A DNA stretch of 63,601 nt, the filler included, from Myxococcota bacterium (GTDB lineage Bacteria; Myxococcota_C; UBA6777), in NCBI GenBank assembly GCA_023150835.1. It is 3 parts of 3 records of this genome, joined end to end, with 100 filler letters (N's around TTAATTAATTAA, not from the genome) between each part and the next. Parts side by side here need not be neighbours in the genome. Positions count along the whole stretch, not along the records: positions 53,756 to 63,601 come from JAKLKB010000180.1; 2 more parts are not named here. One strand, written 5' to 3'. Positions 61,197 to 63,601 of this stretch are shown here, in pieces (within the stretch, counting starts at the first letter, position 1; every line of letters starts with the position of its first letter). Both the position numbers and the translations under genes were made by a program. Under the pieces are notes generated by a model. The model did no database searches and had not been told where the DNA came from. It was given only the letters and a program-made list of their open reading frames with translations.

Positions 61197-61296
61197 CCCC
61201 ACCATCCTACACATCACACAAGATGCCCCGCCATGCTCAACCGCCCCAAGATGCGGTCTGTTGCGGTCGCGGTGTTCTTTTTTCGGAGGTCAAACC

Positions 61297-63300
61297 ATGA
61301 TGCGCTCTGTTGTTTTTCTCGGGGTTTTGTGGCTTGCAAGCACTTCTTCGGCTTGGGCGCAAACGCAGTTTCGCTATCCCATGACCACCAGCGGGACGTA
61401 CATCACAGCCTACCGCGATAACGACCGAAACAGCGGCACGATGAAAGATTGGAATGGTGGCAAAAAAACCTACGACAACCACAGCGGCAGCGATTATGGG
61501 ATCGGCGGTTTTCCCGGGATGGACAACGGTGTGTGGATCGTCGCAGGTGCCGATGGGACCGTCGATGCAGCAAGTGACGGACAAGCCGACCGCTGCACCT
61601 CGGGTAGCTGTTCCCCTTGCAACGGAAACTATGTGCGCATCCGCCACGCAGACGGCAAACAAACCTACTACCTCCACATGAAAAAAGGCAGCGTCAAAGT
61701 CAAAGTCGGCCAACAAGTCAAATGCGGCGATCAGTTGGGACTTGTCGGATCGAGCGGCTGCTCCACAGGCCCCCACCTACACTTCCAAGTCAACGTCAAC
61801 TCCACAAGCCGCGATCCCTTTCTCAACAGCGACTGGGTCGATCGCGGTCCCTACCTCGGCCACCCATCCACCCAATGCAAGGGCGGAACCACTCCCCCTC
61901 CGCCTCCTCCCCCGACTTGTGACTACATCAAAACGGCCCGACTTGGCGGCGGCGATCTGAATATCCGCCCCAGTTCCAACACCAGCCAACCCGCCGTCGG
62001 CACCGTCCCCGAAGGCACCTGCCTCAAAGTCGAAGCCCGTACCAACACAGGCCAAGATATCTTCGGAAACACCAACTGGTTCAAGATCACCCACAACGGC
62101 AAAACAGGCTGGATATCTGCGTATTATGCCGATTGTTCGGACTGTGGTGGCGCTCCGCCTCCACCCCCCGAATGTACCGCAGGTCAAACCCAAGCCTGCT
62201 ACACAGGCCCCGCAGAAGCCCGTGGCAAGGGAATTTGTAAAGAAGGAAAGCGCACCTGTAGCAACGGCAAATGGGGCGCTTGCGAAGGTAGCGTCACCCC
62301 CACCAACGAAGAATGCGACGGCAAAGACAACAATTGCGATGGTAAAGTCGACGAAGAACTTAGTCGCCAATGCTACAGCGGCCCCGCAGGAACCCTCGGC
62401 ATCGGCTCCTGCCAAGAAGGTATTCAGCTTTGCACCAACGGCTCATGGTCTGCTTGTATCGGTGAAGTCGCCCCCTCCGCCCAAGAGATCTGCGACAACG
62501 GAAAAGACGACAACTGCGACGGCAAAGTCGACGAAGGCTGCGCAAGTACCGGCCAATGCACCGACGGGCAAACGCAGGAGTGTTTCACAGGCCCGATCGA
62601 CCGCGCCAACGTCGGCCCCTGCAAAGCCGGCAAGCAAACCTGCCAAGGCGGAAAATGGGGAACTTGTCAAGGTGAAGTCCTGCCCGCAGCATCCGAGATC
62701 TGCGCAAACGGCATCGACGACAACTGCAACGGTGCCGTCGACGAAGGTTGCGGTACACCGACCAATTGCGAAGACAAAGACGGCGATGGCTATGGCGTAG
62801 GTGCGGCCTGCACAGGCCCCCAAGACTGCAATGACAACGATCCCAACATCCATCCCAACGCCACCGAGATCTGCGGCAACGGCATCGACGAAGACTGCAA
62901 AGACGGCGACCGTCCTTGCGGTTCCAAAAAAGAGATCGGTGAAAAAGACTGCAAAAGCCCCGATGACTGCAAAAGCGGACTATGCGTCACCCTCAACGGT
63001 GAAAACCGCTGTTCGACCCGATGCACCGAGCGCGCCGAATGTCCCGCAGACTACGACTGCATCGACAAAACCGCTTGCTGGCCCCGCAAAACCACAACCC
63101 CCAACACAGCCTGTAAAACCGATCAAGAGTGTGTCGCCACGCAGATCTGCCAATCTGGAAAGTGCATCGACGGCTCCTCCGCTCGCGGTTGTGGCTGTCA
63201 TGCCCCTGCACCCGCCTCTTCGGATCATCTGTTCTTTTTGTTTGGCCTGCTTCTCCTGCTCTTGATCCCCCGTCGCTCCTCACATCACACAAAGCCCTAA
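61297..63300 (+). CDS. Exported M23 metallopeptidase with SH3b domain, Cys/Asp-rich repeats and MYXO-CTERM-like tail
   Basis: GGAGG RBS; HSGSD (HxxxD), GNYV.I.H, YLHM, STGPHLHF (HxH); SH3b WFKI...GKTGWIS; GCGC-TM-RR. Confidence 0.92.
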   Translation: MMRSVVFLGVLWLASTSSAWAQTQFRYPMTTSGTYITAYRDNDRNSGTMKDWNGGKKTYDNHSGSDYGIGGFPGMDNGVWIVAGADGTVDAASDGQADRCTSGSCSPCNGNYVRIRHADGKQTYYLHMKKGSVKVKVGQQVKCGDQLGLVGSSGCSTGPHLHFQVNVNSTSRDPFLNSDWVDRGPYLGHPSTQCKGGTTPPPPPPPTCDYIKTARLGGGDLNIRPSSNTSQPAVGTVPEGTCLKVEARTNTGQDIFGNTNWFKITHNGKTGWISAYYADCSDCGGAPPPPPECTAGQTQACYTGPAEARGKGICKEGKRTCSNGKWGACEGSVTPTNEECDGKDNNCDGKVDEELSRQCYSGPAGTLGIGSCQEGIQLCTNGSWSACIGEVAPSAQEICDNGKDDNCDGKVDEGCASTGQCTDGQTQECFTGPIDRANVGPCKAGKQTCQGGKWGTCQGEVLPAASEICANGIDDNCNGAVDEGCGTPTNCEDKDGDGYGVGAACTGPQDCNDNDPNIHPNATEICGNGIDEDCKDGDRPCGSKKEIGEKDCKSPDDCKSGLCVTLNGENRCSTRCTERAECPADYDCIDKTACWPRKTTTPNTACKTDQECVATQICQSGKCIDGSSARGCGCHAPAPASSDHLFFLFGLLLLLLIPRRSSHHTKP

Positions 63301-63349
63301 AAACCTCGATTCGTCCCATCCATAGGGGGTCAAGGGCCGTCAGTCCCTT

Positions 63350-63601
63350 TCACGATCACACAACGGGCGGATCTCGTGTTCGACGCCCTATGATCGGGCA
63401 TACACAGGGGTCTGCCCCTACGTCCTTACGCTCACACAACGGGCGGCTCTCGTATTCGATGCCCTATGATCGGGCAGACGCAGGGGTCTGCCCCTACACA
63501 TTTACGCTCACACAACGGGCGGATCTCGTGTTCGACGCCCTATGCTCGGGCAGACACAGGGGTCTGCCCCTACACATTTATGCTCACACAACGGGTGGAT
63601 C
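63350..63601. repeat. GTAG-type REP array, 76-bp period, at least 3.3 copies, truncated by window end
   Basis: GGGCAGACACAGGGGTCTGCCCCTAC alternating with CACACAACGGGCGGATCTCGT. Confidence 0.9.

Noticed and set aside
63350-63601. CRISPR array (76-bp period with palindrome)
   Set aside because: The inter-palindrome segments are nearly identical to each other; this is a REP tandem array

Overview
GC-rich bacterial DNA with a myxobacterial (Myxococcota-like) gene complement: an S41 protease resembling the MXAN_5808 family, MYXO-CTERM-type tails, Cys-rich lipoproteins and an ElbD-like enzyme. The window is three contigs joined by artificial N-TTAATTAATTAA-N linkers (26932-27031, 53656-53755), so adjacency across the linkers is not real. 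Contig 1 carries mutS, the S41/PDZ protease, a pdhABC-lpdA 2-oxoacid dehydrogenase operon, a crotonase-family enzyme, a Cys-rich lipoprotein, a ThDP enzyme plus a double-SDR fusion with a divergent XRE regulator, adk and korAB. Contig 2 carries an OPT transporter, a SirB1-like gene, a five-gene elb-like ether-lipid cluster (HAD, LarA-like, FAR-ACS-ACP-acyltransferase-SCP2, epimerase, lipid kinase), a TonB-dependent receptor, btpA, an Rpn-family nuclease, a TPR protein, DUF6939 and an AGCS symporter. Contig 3 carries a membrane protein with a CxxxC cationic tail, a Nudix hydrolase, a Cys-rich lipoprotein, DUF192 and a paralogous SH3 / M23-SH3 surface-protein pair. Intergenic DNA is unusually rich in repeats: a dispersed ~125-bp multi-hairpin element with compensatory changes, GTAG-type REP modules, and many tandem arrays, several overlapping stop codons. 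No rRNA, tRNA, cas gene or true CRISPR array was recognised. Family assignments come from motif recognition, not database searches.
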